DNA from: Chiloscyllium plagiosum
Taxonomy: Eukaryota
Assembly (NCBI RefSeq): GCF_004010195.1
Contig: NC_057719.1
Span: 82,238,600-82,302,599, forward strand
Reading direction: 5' to 3'
Length of the DNA: 64,000 nucleotides
Below the pieces are notes generated by a model that searched no databases, was not told the DNA's origin, and worked only from the letters and a program-made list of their open reading frames with translations. Position numbers and translations under genes: made by a program. This document shows, in pieces, positions 11,784 to 24,100 of this stretch (position 1 is its first letter; the number at the start of each line of letters is the position of its first letter).

Positions 11784-12375
11784 CTTTTTTTTATTATTTC
11801 AAAATATACTTTATTCATAGAAATAAATCTTTGGTACTTGTACAATTTGTCATGTCGTTCATAGATATATACATTGCATACCTTAACATTATAAAGAACA
11901 GATTGAATTACTCGATTTTACAGTTATCCTATTTACAGTTCCCTTTATTAACCATCCAGTCTCTTGTTATTTTGCTGTGGCTTCAGCAGAACCCACCTAC
12001 TGAGTGGGTGCCCTGTTATACGATAGCAAATGAACCTTTTTTAATCCCAGTTTATGGGGTTACCGTTGTCCATTTGACTGTCCTGTCTCTGGGGAAGCTG
12101 TCTGTATCCCGATGGTGAGCACGAACTGCTGGACCCTTGCTGGGCTGAGGTAGCTATCCAGCTCCTCACTGTGGTCATTTACCTGCTCTGGAGTCATTGA
12201 GCAAAGGCAAGGGTCCGCACCGTCCAGTTCTGTGTCTGACAATGGGACTGTCAGAGGATCACAGCTCTCAGTTGTCTGTAGTTGTGGGGCAGTGGGTACC
12301 CCCTGGTTCTCACTGGGTGGAGGGTGGACTTCGGGGGGTCCGTTACAACACTCTGACTTGTGAGATCTCAAAGTG
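11784..12375 (-). mobile_element. Second Tx1-related element: related 3' tail and poly(A), with a putative ORF1-like C-terminus and no ORF2
   Basis: 11784-11860 closely resembles 10052-10130 (ttcaaaatatactttattcata...gtacaattKgtcatg); the ORF1 assignment is inference only. Confidence 0.55.
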
Positions 12376-12869
12376 CCTCACAGTGTCTATATTTAATGGG
12401 GTTGAACCTGGACCAGTATTCTGATGGGAGCATCTCAGTGTAGTTTACTGAAAGTAGGCAGCATTATTTTACAGTCTCAGGCAAAGGGGCAGTAACACCC
12501 TCAGCCTTCTCAAAAGTCATACTGTTTCACACACAATGCCTTATGTCAAAGGGCGTCATATTGAGTCAATCAAAGTGCCAGTCTAAAGCAGTTTTAAATT
12601 AGATAGCATACTGTATGCAGCACAGTCCTTAATCAGCCACTCAGAGACAGTGCTTCATTATGTCAAATTATTTGATGCTAATGTCTCTCCAGGGCTTAGG
12701 TGGAGGCATGCAGTAAGCTGATATCATCAAACTGTTTTCCTAGAATCAATTACAGCAAGAACATTGCACTGATAATGCCCCCTTTCTCTGCTCACTATAC
12801 AGAAGATCTTCCAGAGTTTCAGAAATCAGGAGGAAGGCATGGCAAAGTAGCTGTGCCTCTAGAAGATCT

Positions 12870-15150
12870 TTGAGGTAATATGGAATTTTATTTGAAAATG
12901 GGGGTTTTGCACAAAACTGGATGCATGAATCCACTTCTGAAGAAACGCAGGGCCAGTTGGAAAGACAAGACAGAAGGGCTGGAAAAGAGGGGAGTAATCA
13001 GGAAAGTGACAACTCCTACCGAATGGATCAGCAGCATGACAGCGGTGAAAGAAAAACTGACGGTATGCATCAATCCAAAGAAGATCATGAAGAGAACTCA
13101 CTACCCACTGCCCAACCACTGAAGGAATTTTGCCACAACTTGCAAAGGCACATATCTTCACTCCCCTAGCTGTAAAGGATGGTTACTGCAAGTGAAAGTG
13201 ATTGAAAGCAACATCTTTCTAACTGCATCCTGGATGCCATTTGAGAAATGCTGATGGTTGCACATGTTTGCATGTTATGTCCACAACTCTACAGGAGTAT
13301 CAAAGCAGACGGTATGAGATGGTTGGTGATGTTCCTGGACTATAATAGATGATCTGCTCATTTGAGGGTGCAGAGACACAAAGGAAAGATGTGATTGTTG
13401 ACCATGATCCAAATCTAATGTAACCGCACGATAGAATTCGCCAGAAGATCCTGAGAGAAAAAAAGTTGCAACTAAAATTCCCGAAGTCAAGTACAGAGGC
13501 CAGGTACTGACAGCCAAAGATCTTCACCCTGATCCAGGAGAGGTAAAAGCTGTCGCAGTGGTGCAGTGACCAGCAGATTTAAAAGCAGTGCAATAGTTTG
13601 TTGGATTTGTTAACTACTTAACAAAATTCCTGCCCATGTCACTGGTGGAGTGTGAACTATTACACCAACCACAGACAAGGATGTGCAGTGGTATTGGGTA
13701 CGGAACGAGAAGCAGCATTCATTCAAATCAAGCAACCAGCGACAGTGACACCAGCGCTGAAATTGTCTGATGCAAATAATGTAGTCACCTTACGCTGTCA
13801 CACCAGTGAGGCAGAACCTGGAGCAACACTAATGTAGCAAGAACCACCATCTGTACCTTAACAGAAATGGAACTGTACTATGCTCAGGTTGAGGAATAGG
13901 CTCCAACCACTTGCTGACTTGTGAACATTTTCATCAAAACATACTTTCAAGAGACAAAGTGACAGTCAGATTCAATCAAAAGCAGTTCAAAGCTGGGACT
14001 TTCTGCTCCGGATCATCTTGAAAGAATGTCACTCTGGTTACAGAGATATTATCTGGATGTGACGCATGAGCAAGGAAAGTGGATGCACATTACAGACATG
14101 TTGTCGAGGGCAGCACTCCCAATAAAGGAAATAGAATGCGAGCTCTTCCAGATTCAGCTTGAAGCTGCAACTAGCCGTACACTTGAAGCCATCGATCCAG
14201 CAGAGATTTTGAATATGACAGAGGAGGACCTTGGTCAAAACAAGCAAACAAGATCTAACTCTCCAAAATGTGCAGAAGGTAGTTATGAAAGGATAGCTTG
14301 ACATCATCCAGACAATTCCAGCCTTGGTTGACTGTCTGCGTGGAGTTTGCATATTCTCCCCGTGTCTGCGTGGGTTTCCTCTGTGTGCTCCGGTTTCCTC
14401 CCACAGTCCAAAGGTGTGCGGGTTAGGCGGATTGGCTGTGGGAAATTGTCCAGTGTCCAGGGATGTGCAGGCTAGGTGGATTAATCTTGAGAAATACAGG
14501 GTTAGAAGGATAGTGTGGGGGGGGGGGGGGGGCAGTGGATCTGGATGGGCTGCTCTTTAGTGGATCAGGGTGGCCTGCTTTCACACTGTAAGGATTCTAT
14601 GTTTTTATGACACTTGAATAATACAATGTACGTTGGGTACACGGAGATGAACTGACAGCTCAAGGTGGTATGTGTGCAAAGAAAATGGAGCCATTCTGCC
14701 GAAGGTGATGGGAGGCAAACTAGACATTGTAATGAATGACAATGGGCCTCTGGTCATTCCTGAAAAAAAAAATCAGCTATTTTGTAAAAGACTGGGAAAT
14801 CCAGCACTCTCCACCCCCCCCCTCCCCCATCCCATCCCCAGTCAATTGGAGAAACTTAGCTGGTGTGCAACTCAGCAAAGGAATCATAAAGAATCAAGCA
14901 AGTCCCACACAGATGTTTAGAATGCAATCACAGAAAACATGGAAAGGTAGTTCAGTACAATAACTAATCTCACATTGCCCTCAAAATACTGTGCAAATAG
15001 CACTAGAAAAACAACTGAAGCCAGAAATAGCAAGTGGTGAAATGACAGGAAGCTAAATTTCATTTCAACAAGGCTGCCGGCCATTTTCCTGATCTAGGCA
15101 TTTGAAAACCAGTCAGAGTATGAATCTTTAACACTCAACAAGAGTCAGCC
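12870..15150 (+). mobile_element. Ty3/Gypsy LTR retrotransposon pol remnant (RT-RNaseH-IN), heavily frameshifted
   Basis: LEKRGVIRKVTTPTEWISSM, RTHYPLP, KDGY, DDLLI, RMSLWLQRY..DMLSRA, integrase DIVMNDNGP. Confidence 0.85.
14312..14602 (+). mobile_element. HE1 SINE (5'-truncated) nested in the Gypsy remnant
   Basis: gtggagtttgcatattctccccgtgtctgcgtgggtttcctc...ggcctgctttcacactgtaaggattctatg. Confidence 0.85.
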
Positions 15151-15499
15151 CAAGTGGCGACTTGAGTCCTGCCACAGAGCAGTTGCCACCTCAATCATGC
15201 AAGTCAAAGATCAGACGTGCCACCACAAGCTTAGGGACATCGGCACAGCTGGAGAAGCTGGACCTCAGCTGCAGTTGGCTGATTGGGAAGAGGTGCACCC
15301 ACCAGCCTACAGAGTCCTCGGACCATCCATCAGCACAGAGCTGCACGGCACCCCAGCTTCGGAAACTGAGCAGCAGCAAGTACCATGGGAGCAACAAAAG
15401 ACATGGGAGCGCCGTGTAATCCCTAGAGTAGAGACCTCATTGAGATGAAAAGCTGACAGGATTGCACATGGGCACCGTTAATACACTTCATGACTTAAA

Positions 15500-15800
15500 G
15501 TTTATGGGCAGAACCCTAGAGGGATGAGCTGTGTCAAGATTTGTGACAGAATCATATGAGAAGAATGGGAAATTCCTCCAGCCATTTAAGCCTGCTTGAA
15601 CCCAGGTGGCAATCTCAGACCAGGCTGGCATGGTCTAGCATTGTGGGGAAGAGGATGTTCCATCTTTGCCCCACCCCAACCAACAAGACCATCCAAAGAC
15701 CCTGCATGTTCCTCATTTCTTCTATGTCTGCGGTAAATGTCAGAAACCATGCAGGGCAACTCCAGGCTGGGGGTTTAACCAGAGCTCAGTAACGCTGCAC
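15500..15800 (+). mobile_element. Possible RTE-type LINE C-terminal remnant
   Basis: YVCGKCQKPCR resembles the RTE C-terminal zinc-finger-like motif; highly decayed. Confidence 0.35.
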
Positions 15801-15861
15801 CATAACTCATACCCCTCTGTATTCCAGCCCTCTCTAGTTCAAAGCCAACTTACAGGATGCT

Positions 15862-16275
15862 AAGAAGCCTGGATGGAGTGGACATGTTTCCATTGGAGAA
15901 AATGTTTCCTCTAGTAGGACCCAAGGTTACAGCCTCAGAGTGAAGGGATGACCCTTTAGAACTGCGATGAGGAGGAATTTCTTCAGTCACCAAACATTGT
16001 GATGAGTGTTAATGGGCCTGTGGTCATTCCTGAAAAAAATGACCGTTTCAGGATGGTGGTGACTCTGCGGGATTCATTGTCGCAGAAGACTGTGAAGGCC
16101 AAGTCATTGAGCATATTTAAGATAGAAATAGATAGTTCTTGATTAGTTAAAGGGATCAAGGGTTAAGGGGAGAAGGCAGGATAATGGGGTTGAGAAATAT
16201 ATCAGCCATGATTGAATGGCAGAGCAGACCCATTGAGCCAAATAGCATGATTCTGCTCCTTATCTTACGGCCTTA
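15862..16275 (+). mobile_element. CR1 LINE 3' fragment with an internal ~55-bp foreign insert
   Basis: cagcctcagagtgaagggatgaccctttagaactgcgatgaggaggaatttcttcag...aagggatcaagggtta. Confidence 0.8.
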
Positions 16276-16306
16276 ACGTTCTATTAGTCTGCAAATCTTT
16301 CAATTA

Positions 16307-16420
16307 GTTCTTCAGAACTGGGGTGACTGTACTCGAAACATTCACTCTGTTTCTCTTTCCACAGATGCTGCCAGACCGGTTGAGTTTCTCCAGATATTTC
16401 AGTTTTTGGTTCTTTCTATT
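16307..16420 (+). mobile_element. Penelope-type terminal fragment of another subfamily
   Basis: ctcgaaacattcactctgtttctctttccacagatgctgccagacc...gagtttctccag resembles the pLTR segment downstream of the hammerhead. Confidence 0.5.
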
Positions 16421-16877
16421 AGTTTTTCTATTTTTTTTCTGTACCTGTTCTGTTGGAGTAATGACCTTTTTCATTCGAAAAAAAGAAACACTCTCTAGAA
16501 GAGCAAGGCAACACAGGAAGGAGAGCTGAACTGTATCCCCTTGGAATGGTGGAGCACTCACTTATGTGGCTGACATCTTTGGCCTGTGTTCTAATTATAT
16601 CCTAAAGAGGAAAAGCTGACAGCACATCACAGTTCTTGTACACTAGTCAGAGGTTCTCACGTCACTTGGGATATTTGTGGGACCCTTGTGGCAGTGGTTA
16701 GCTGTGACCTGAAAGAACTAATTCACTTTAGGTTATATGTGAGATAGTGGGAGATCATCACGAACCCAGACAGATGAGTACTTTTGTATTGGCAAGTGTA
16801 GCCTTTTGAAGTTGATTGTAGCAGAACATGGCTTTATTTAAAAAGAGCCTCTTTCTGAATTCCCAAGATTTATTTCA

Positions 16878-17070
16878 TCAGAGTCATTCAGCACAGAAAC
16901 AGAGCCTTTGGTCCAAATTGTCCATGCCGACCAGGTCTCCCAAACTGATCTAGTCCCATTGCCTGTGTTTGGCCCATATCCCTCTAAACCTTTTCTACTC
17001 ATGTACCTGTCCAGATGCCCTTTATAATTGTACCCGCCTCTACCACTTCCTCTGGCAGTTCGTTCCATAC
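16878..17070 (-). mobile_element. CR1/HER1 3' fragment
   Basis: Homologous to 38772-38980. Confidence 0.8.
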
Positions 17071-17439
17071 TACATAAACTTGGGAGTCTAAATTGTTTGA
17101 GAATACAATCTAATGAATTGACTGTTGTTATAAGTAATGGTGAAGTGTTGTGCCTTTCTAGCTAGTATCTTATTTGCATTGCTCTGTATGTATGTGAGCT
17201 GATCAGATATGTCTGGATCCCTACTATATGTTGATGTTTTTCAATAAATCAGAATTTTGAACAGGACTGCTATAGGATGGGATTAAGGTACATTGTGGTC
17301 CTGCTGGGTGGGATGCTATCACCTTGATCAGTTCTTATTGATGTACTCATAGCCCGAGTATCAATCGCAAAGTCTTCTTTACCTGCTCCAACATTTTTAA
17401 CTCTGGCAGGCCCCCCAAGGATATATCCTTGCCATGATG

Positions 17440-17835
17440 ATGGAATGAGAGGAGATCTATTTGAGATATATAAGATTTTAAAGGGGATTGACACGGTAGG
17501 TGTAGAGAGGATGTTTCCCCTTTGTGGGACAATGCAGAATGAGTGGTTTTGGGATATGGGGTGACAGATTTAAAACAGAGATGAGGAGAAATTATTACTC
17601 TCAAAGGGTCATGAATCTGTGGAACTCATTACCCCAGAGTGCAGTGGATGCCTGGATGCTGAATACATTTAAGGAGGAAATGGATACATTTTTAATTGGT
17701 AATGGGTTAAAGCGATATGGGGAGCGGGCAGGAAAGTGGAGTTGAAGTCGAGATGTGTTCAGCCATGATTGTATTAAGTGGCAGGGCAGGTTCGAGGGGC
17801 TGAATTGCCTACTCCACTCCTAATTCTTATGTTTT
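17440..17835 (+). mobile_element. CR1 3' fragment
   Basis: ORF 17524-17745: FKTEMRRNYYSQRVMNLWNSLPQSAV. Confidence 0.85.
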
Positions 17836-18199
17836 TATATTAAATTCTTGTGTCTTTCAATGAATAAGTCAGGGAAATTTTATAAGTGGAAATCAGTTAC
17901 CTTATGCTTCCTGCTAAAGAATGAAAACATCCAAAGGAGGAAAACCGAGTAGTAGAGTTCTGATCAGCACAAGAATCATTTCAGCAAACCCCGTGTAAAG
18001 GAAGCACTGATCTGCCTTCCCAATCTTTCCATCTGCCCATAACACCAATGTTTCTTTGCTGTCTGTGTGTGCAAGGGGTGTAGCTTATAAGAGAGTTAGA
18101 GTTTGTAGCTAGTAAAGTTATAAACTGACAGTTTATAATTGTTTACCTACAGCAACAGCCTATTTATTTGTAATAATAAAAAGCTCTTATTAAGTAAAT

Positions 18200-18415
18200 G
18201 ATTTGATTTGATTTATTATTGTCAATGTACTGAGATACAGTGAAAATTGTTGTTTTGCCTGCTCTAGCCAGATTGTACCATACAAAGTGCATCAGGGTAG
18301 CAGAACAGAGTGCGGAATACAGTGTTACAGCTACAGAGAAGGTGCACAGAGAGAGAGATCAACATTAACATTTGAGAGATCTGTTCAAAAGTCTGATATC
18401 AGTGGGGATAAAGTT
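18200..18415 (-). mobile_element. LINE-type 3' tail fragment (L2/Rex1-Babar-like)
   Basis: tttgatttgatttattattgtca...gagatacagtgaaaa, i.e. ttttcactgtatctc...gacaataataaatcaaatcaaa on the minus strand. Confidence 0.5.
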
Positions 18416-18599
18416 CTGATAACAGAAACCTTGTCTGTGCTTTCTGTCAACCTGGGCCTGAAGGTCAGGTAATTTGAGGAATTCTCTGTACTTTTTGAAA
18501 TATTTAAGTTTTGTGATGATTCCAGGAATAACAGGGTTTGGTACCCAGTGCGCTACCCCAGGAAGGTGTGACAGAGGGACATCCTGGATTGTGTATGAA

Positions 18600-20100
18600 A
18601 TGTATTGTGATGAGATCTCAGGCTCCTAGAATTAGGCAGGAAGACAAGGTGTCTATGAAACAGATAGGTGGATTGCAATCTCAGTTATTAGATACAATTT
18701 TTTGAAAATTTAACTAAAAAGGATTAAGATAAACAGTATGAGAGTACCATATTTAGCCCATTTCCTTTAATAGAAATGTAACAGATAGATTTGTAAATAG
18801 AAGCCTTAAACCAAACAACTGACTCAGAAATTGAAACAAAAAAATACAAAGAATGAAAGACAAAGTACTAATGAGTAAATGTAGACCTCTCCAAATACTA
18901 TTTGATAAGGAATGGACAGTGGTCCCTTAGACAGTATGAGTACCATAATGAACTTTTACCAGTGGCTCACAGACAACCAATAGCTGGCCATTTAGGTATT
19001 AAGAACTTACAGGCTAAAATGCTAAAATATGTTCAGGATTACATAAAGTTAGTAAAGTTTTGCTTGATGTGCCATGCATGTCAGACAGTGAGAGAACTTC
19101 AACCCTCAATTAAACATCCATTTTTAATTCCGATACCAAATTTTGAAGACGAGTTTAGTAGGATCTTAATAGATTGTGAAGAATCCCTAGATAAAAAACA
19201 GGAATGGAGTCATTATCTTTTAATGATTATGGATGTTTCCATAAGATTGCCTAAAGAATTTCCTTTAGAAAAAAAATTACTGCAAAAGTGTCAGTAGAAA
19301 TATTACAGAATATGGATTACCCAGAGAAATACAATCAGATCAATGCTCAAATTTTATGATGCAAATATTGATGACTGAAATGATTAGTTGGGGAATCAAA
19401 CAATTTACATTTTCTGCAAACCACACAATTTCATGTTACTTTGGAAAGATGTCATCAAGCCTTGAAGGCCATGATTAGATATTGTTACCAAGTATGCCCC
19501 AGAGTTTGAGTCAAGGGAATGCCATTAGCAACCTGCCTAATTAGTCTCCATCATGTTGTTTTCATGAGTAATATATGGACATGAAGTAAGAGGACCTCTT
19601 AAATTGATTAACAAACAGTTGATTATTGAATGATTTCGGCACGCACAATTTGTCACAAAAATTGACTTGCACAAATGATATCGGCAAGTTCCTTTAACTG
19701 ATAGAGCTAAAGAAATAGCAGTATTTGTGACACTGGATTGACTTTATCAATACAATTTGGAATGGTAAATGAACCAACAATACTCTAACAAATAAGGAAT
19801 ACTGTCATTGAAGGATGCTGACATTGCTGATTTGATTGCTGCAGCAAATGTGGGAAGAACAATTTTAGACCACTTGGCCGAGCTGTTTGATTGTTCCAAA
19901 AAGCCATTTTTGTTCTAAATTTGGCCGAAAGTGAATTTGCCAAAGCATAGATGGTTTATTTGGACCACACTGTGGAACAAGGACAAGTAGCAGCTAGGAC
20001 TGAGAGTGAGGACATTTGTCGATATTTTCATATCTAGGACAGGTTGTGAAATTTTCTATTGTGTTAGGATGTTGACATTTTATCGCAAATTTGTTCTGAC
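18600..20100 (+). mobile_element. Gmr1-like Gypsy LTR retrotransposon remnant (integrase upstream of RT)
   Basis: IN: AHRQPIAGHLG..CLMCHACQ, ILIDC, YGLPREIQSDQCSNF, YGHEVRGPLKL (18900-19610); RT downstream: PLTDRAKEIAVFVT, LNLAESEFAK..YLDHTVEQG (19690-19990). Confidence 0.8.
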
Positions 20101-21022
20101 ATGCAAGTTTGGTACTCCATGTGCTATACATGTATAAATATAGGGTGACTTGGCAATGGGATACTGTGCAGTTATTTCTGGGTACTTCTGGGATCTGGAA
20201 AATAATGTTTTAGGGATTATGGGGCTGTACATTACCATAGGTTTCTAAGTCTTTACATTTGTATTATATGTAAATAGTTCAGTTTATTTTGTTTTATGTT
20301 CATTTATTTTGCATAATAAACCTTTGGTTTTGTTAAACCTGAATCTACAGTATTGCATGCTTATATTTCAGTGAGAGACACCCTCTTTAAAACCAAAAGA
20401 ACAAAGTATGATCTATCAAGCTGGCTTTCTATCTGGGATCAGCTCAGATTTTAATACTCCCTCGATTTCTTACCAACCTGCTACCCAACAGTGACATCAT
20501 CCAAAAGCAGGGTGTTAGTTTTCACATGTACAATTGATGGTTATTTTGTTTGTGACTTTGGTCCGAGATGATTATCCAACCTCATTCTTGTCATCAGTGA
20601 AACAGCCTATTTCTGTCATTGCCTTGTTGCCTGGTGCCTTATTACCTTTCGACACGACTATTCCCAGCTTTCTTTACTGCTGTCTTATGGTTAACAGTCC
20701 ACAAACTTCAGCTCATCCAAACCTCTGCTGTTGTGTTTAACTTTATAGCAATTCCCTAACAACTTTCCTGTGAGAACATGTTTCCCAACTTCTTGTGCTT
20801 TTCGGAAGACTTTTGATTTTAAATTTGGGTCCTATCCTTAAGTTTCCAGCTAGTAGAAGAAGTTTCTCTTCATCTTTCCTGTTCAAAATTCCAAACGTTT
20901 CACTCTACCCCTCAACCATTTAAATTCTCAGAATTCAAGGCTAGTATATGACAATGTTCCCCATAATCTAACCTTTGGAATCTGACCAGCATTTTGCTGG
21001 ATTTGAGTCATATTCATTCCAA

Positions 21023-21915
21023 GGACAATAGACAATAGACAATAGGTGCAGGAGTAGGCCATTCTGCACCACCATTCAATATGATCATGGCTGATCATCC
21101 TTAATCAGTATCCTGTTCCTGCCTTATCTCCATAACCCTTGATTCCACTATCCTTGAGAGCTCTATCCAACTCTTTCTTAAATGAATCCAGAGACTGGGC
21201 CTCCACTGCCCTCTGGGGCAGAGCATTCCACACAGCCACCACTCTCTGGGTGAAGAAGTTTCTCCCCATCTCTGTCCTAAATGGTCTACCCCGTATTTTT
21301 AAGCTGTGTCCTCTGTTTCGGCACTCACCCCGCAGCGGAAACATGTTGCCTGCCGCCAGAGTGTCCAATCCTTTGATCATCTTATATGTCCCAACCAGAT
21401 CCCCTCTCAGTCTTCTAAACTCAAGGGTACACAAGCCCAGTCGCTCCAGTCTTTCAGTGTAAGGTAATCCCGCCATTCCAGGAATTGACCTCGTGAACCT
21501 ACGCTGCATTCCCTCAATAGCCAGAATGTCTCTCCTCAAATTTGGAGACCAGAACTGTTCAGGTCACCCTGTAATCTCCTAACATCCTCCTCATATTTCA
21601 CCCTGCCACCCAGCTTAGTATCATCAGCAAATTTGCTAATGTTATTACTAATACCATCTTCTATATCATTAACATATATTGTAAAAAGCTGCGGTCCCAG
21701 CACTGATCCCTGCGGTACCCCACTGGTCACTGCCTGCCATTCCGAAATGGAGCCCTTTATCACTACTCTTTGTTTCCTGTCAGCCAACCAACTTTCATTC
21801 CAAGTTAGTACCTTGCCCCCAATACCATGTGCCCTAATTTTGCTCACTAACCTCTTATGTGGGACTTTATCAAAAGCTTTCTGAAAGCCCAGGTACACTA
21901 CATTTACTGATCTCC
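21023..21915 (-). mobile_element. CR1 LINE RT and 3' end, internally deleted at ~21556, (gacaata)n tail
   Basis: ORFs 21536-21898 (FQKAFDKVPH..PQGSVLGP..FADD) and 21105-21539. Confidence 0.92.
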
Positions 21916-22529
21916 CTCGTCCTTTGCAAGATGTTGTCCCCAGAACACAGCTGCTCCAGATATAGTTTCACCAGGACTTTGTTTGTTGTAACAAACTCTT
22001 CTCCCCCTCTACATCTTCCACTTTTAGTTACATTTGAAAACTTCCATTAGCCTGTTGTTTTCCCTTTGTACCTGATCACTACGTCGTAATGATCTGTGAC
22101 CTGCAAGAGAGTGCTTTTTCTCACAATATTGTATCTCTTTGGTCCAAATTAGCTGACTTCATATTTATCGAGTTTAACATCTGTGTGCCCAGTTTTGCAT
22201 CTCTCATTTCTCTTCTTCTTGAGTGTTAAGCAGGGCCACAATCTTCACCTTGAGACAGGCAAACAGGCAGATGCCCAAATTTGCCCCAACCAGGACGGGC
22301 CAGTATATCAGTCTGCATGCTAATGGCTCCAGTCTGATCGACTCTGGACATCTGACCATCTGAGCCAACAGCTCCTCCCCACCCCCCCATCACCCCTGCA
22401 CTCCAGGAGTCCGAGTTTACCTGCACGCTGCAGCCTAAAGCTGTCAGTAGCGATGGTAGGGACACCAATTCCTTTCTGTCACGTGGCTGACCATGAATCT
22501 CCCTTGCTCTCCTCTTTTGCCATTGTGTT

Positions 22530-22998
22530 ATATTATGAGGACTCTGGCCTCAGCACTGACCCAGCGAAGCGTTCTCTTAGCCAGCATCGGTGTCCTCTCA
22601 GCCCAGTGTGGCTATCTCTCGGCCCAATGTGGTGGTCTCCTGGCCCGGCGGCTCGACGTGGTGGTCTTTCGGCATCTCTTGGCAGTCTTTCACCCTCAGC
22701 GTGGACATCTAACCTCGAGGTGATTCCAGACCTTGTGTAAACTGAAGGCAAGTGGACTGGGATGGAAGGACTGTTGTTCTGAACTTTTTTATTTCTCTAT
22801 TTTTCAAATTTATTCCTACAACCTGTAATGCTGAACTTCTTAATTTCTTTATTTTTAATACTGCTTTTTTCTCTACGACCTTATACTGAAGAATCTGTAC
22901 CTAGGTACCTCGTTCCAAAGATGACACTATAAATGGAGCCTTGTAAACTTTTCAGCGTATTCATTTGAATACTTGTAATGATAAAATTAATTCAATGC
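22530..22998 (+). mobile_element. Non-autonomous repeat with LINE-type 3' tail (family also at 34170-34570 and 48345-48600)
   Basis: Shared tgtacct.ggtac.t.gt.cc.aagatg.cac.at...aaactt.tca...gtga.aata ending. Confidence 0.5.
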
Positions 22999-23759
22999 AA
23001 TGTTGAAAGGATTGACAAAGTTAATGCTCCAGCCTCAATGGCCATGCTAAGAGCATACCTTCCTTTGTCACCTGGAGTGGGATTCAAACACCAAGCTCCT
23101 GGTTTGCAGGCAGCGGTGCTTGTTACTGGACCACTTGAACAATCTATCTGTATTCCCCTGTAATATTTTGCTCACGTCTACCCTATTTGCTGTGCAACAT
23201 ATTGCATTGTATCTTCGGTCCAACCTGCCTCCAGATAACCTGACCCCCTAACCTTTGCCCTCCTTGTGACCTGAACCAAATTGCCTGAATTCTATACAAA
23301 GCACTTTGCTGAGACCCTCAGGCCTTGCACAAAATTCCACTGGAACTCCCATTTCTGGAACCAAAACAAGTGAATCACCAGTTGCTACGCTGATGACTCC
23401 TCGTTGGAATTTACAATCTGAGTTCTTCAGATAGAAGAAATCAATCTGGTCGCTTCACTGGAAATCCTGTTAGACCACAGAAGAGATCTTGTTGATTTAA
23501 AGCCAATTGAAAAGCTGTCAGCCTTGGGTAAAGCAAGACAGGGAAAAAAAGATGTGCCTGATGGGAGGGCTGGGAACGACCAGCCGTGAGAAATGAACTT
23601 GTCAGTGTTCCACCCTCTCAATGATTGCTGGGATCATTAAGGTCGGTGACAGAATATGGGGCGTTCCGAAGACCAGGAAGCCAATGCAGTTTGGCGGGGT
23701 TGTCCTCTCTGCATTTGTCAAAAGCAAATGTGAACTGCATTTATTCTGCCACTTACTGT

Positions 23760-24100
23760 TGAAATATACAGCACAGAAACAGACCCTTTGGTCCAACTCA
23801 TCCATGTCCACCAGATATCTTAAACTGATCTAGTCCTATTTGCCAGCATTTGGCTCATATCCCTCTAAATCCTCCCCAATCATGTACCCATACTTTTAAA
23901 TGATGTAATTGTACCAGCTTCTACCACTCCCTCTGGCAGTTCATTCCATACACGTACCACCCTCTGCATGAAAGAGTTGCCCCTTAAGTCTCTTTCCTCT
24001 CTCACTTTAAACCTACGTCCTCTAGTTCTGGACTCTCCCACCCCAGGGAAAAGACCGTGGCCATTTACCCTATCCATGCCCCTCATGATATTATAAACAT
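23760..24100 (-). mobile_element. CR1/HER1 3' fragment
   Basis: ORF 23880-24134: RDLRGNSFMQRVVRVWNELPEGVVEAGT. Confidence 0.85.

Noticed and set aside
23430..23528. Possible exon IEEINLVASLEILLDHRRDLVDLKPIEKLSAL between cag| and |gtaaag
   Set aside because: Short pyrimidine tract, weak donor, no recognisable homology or partner exons
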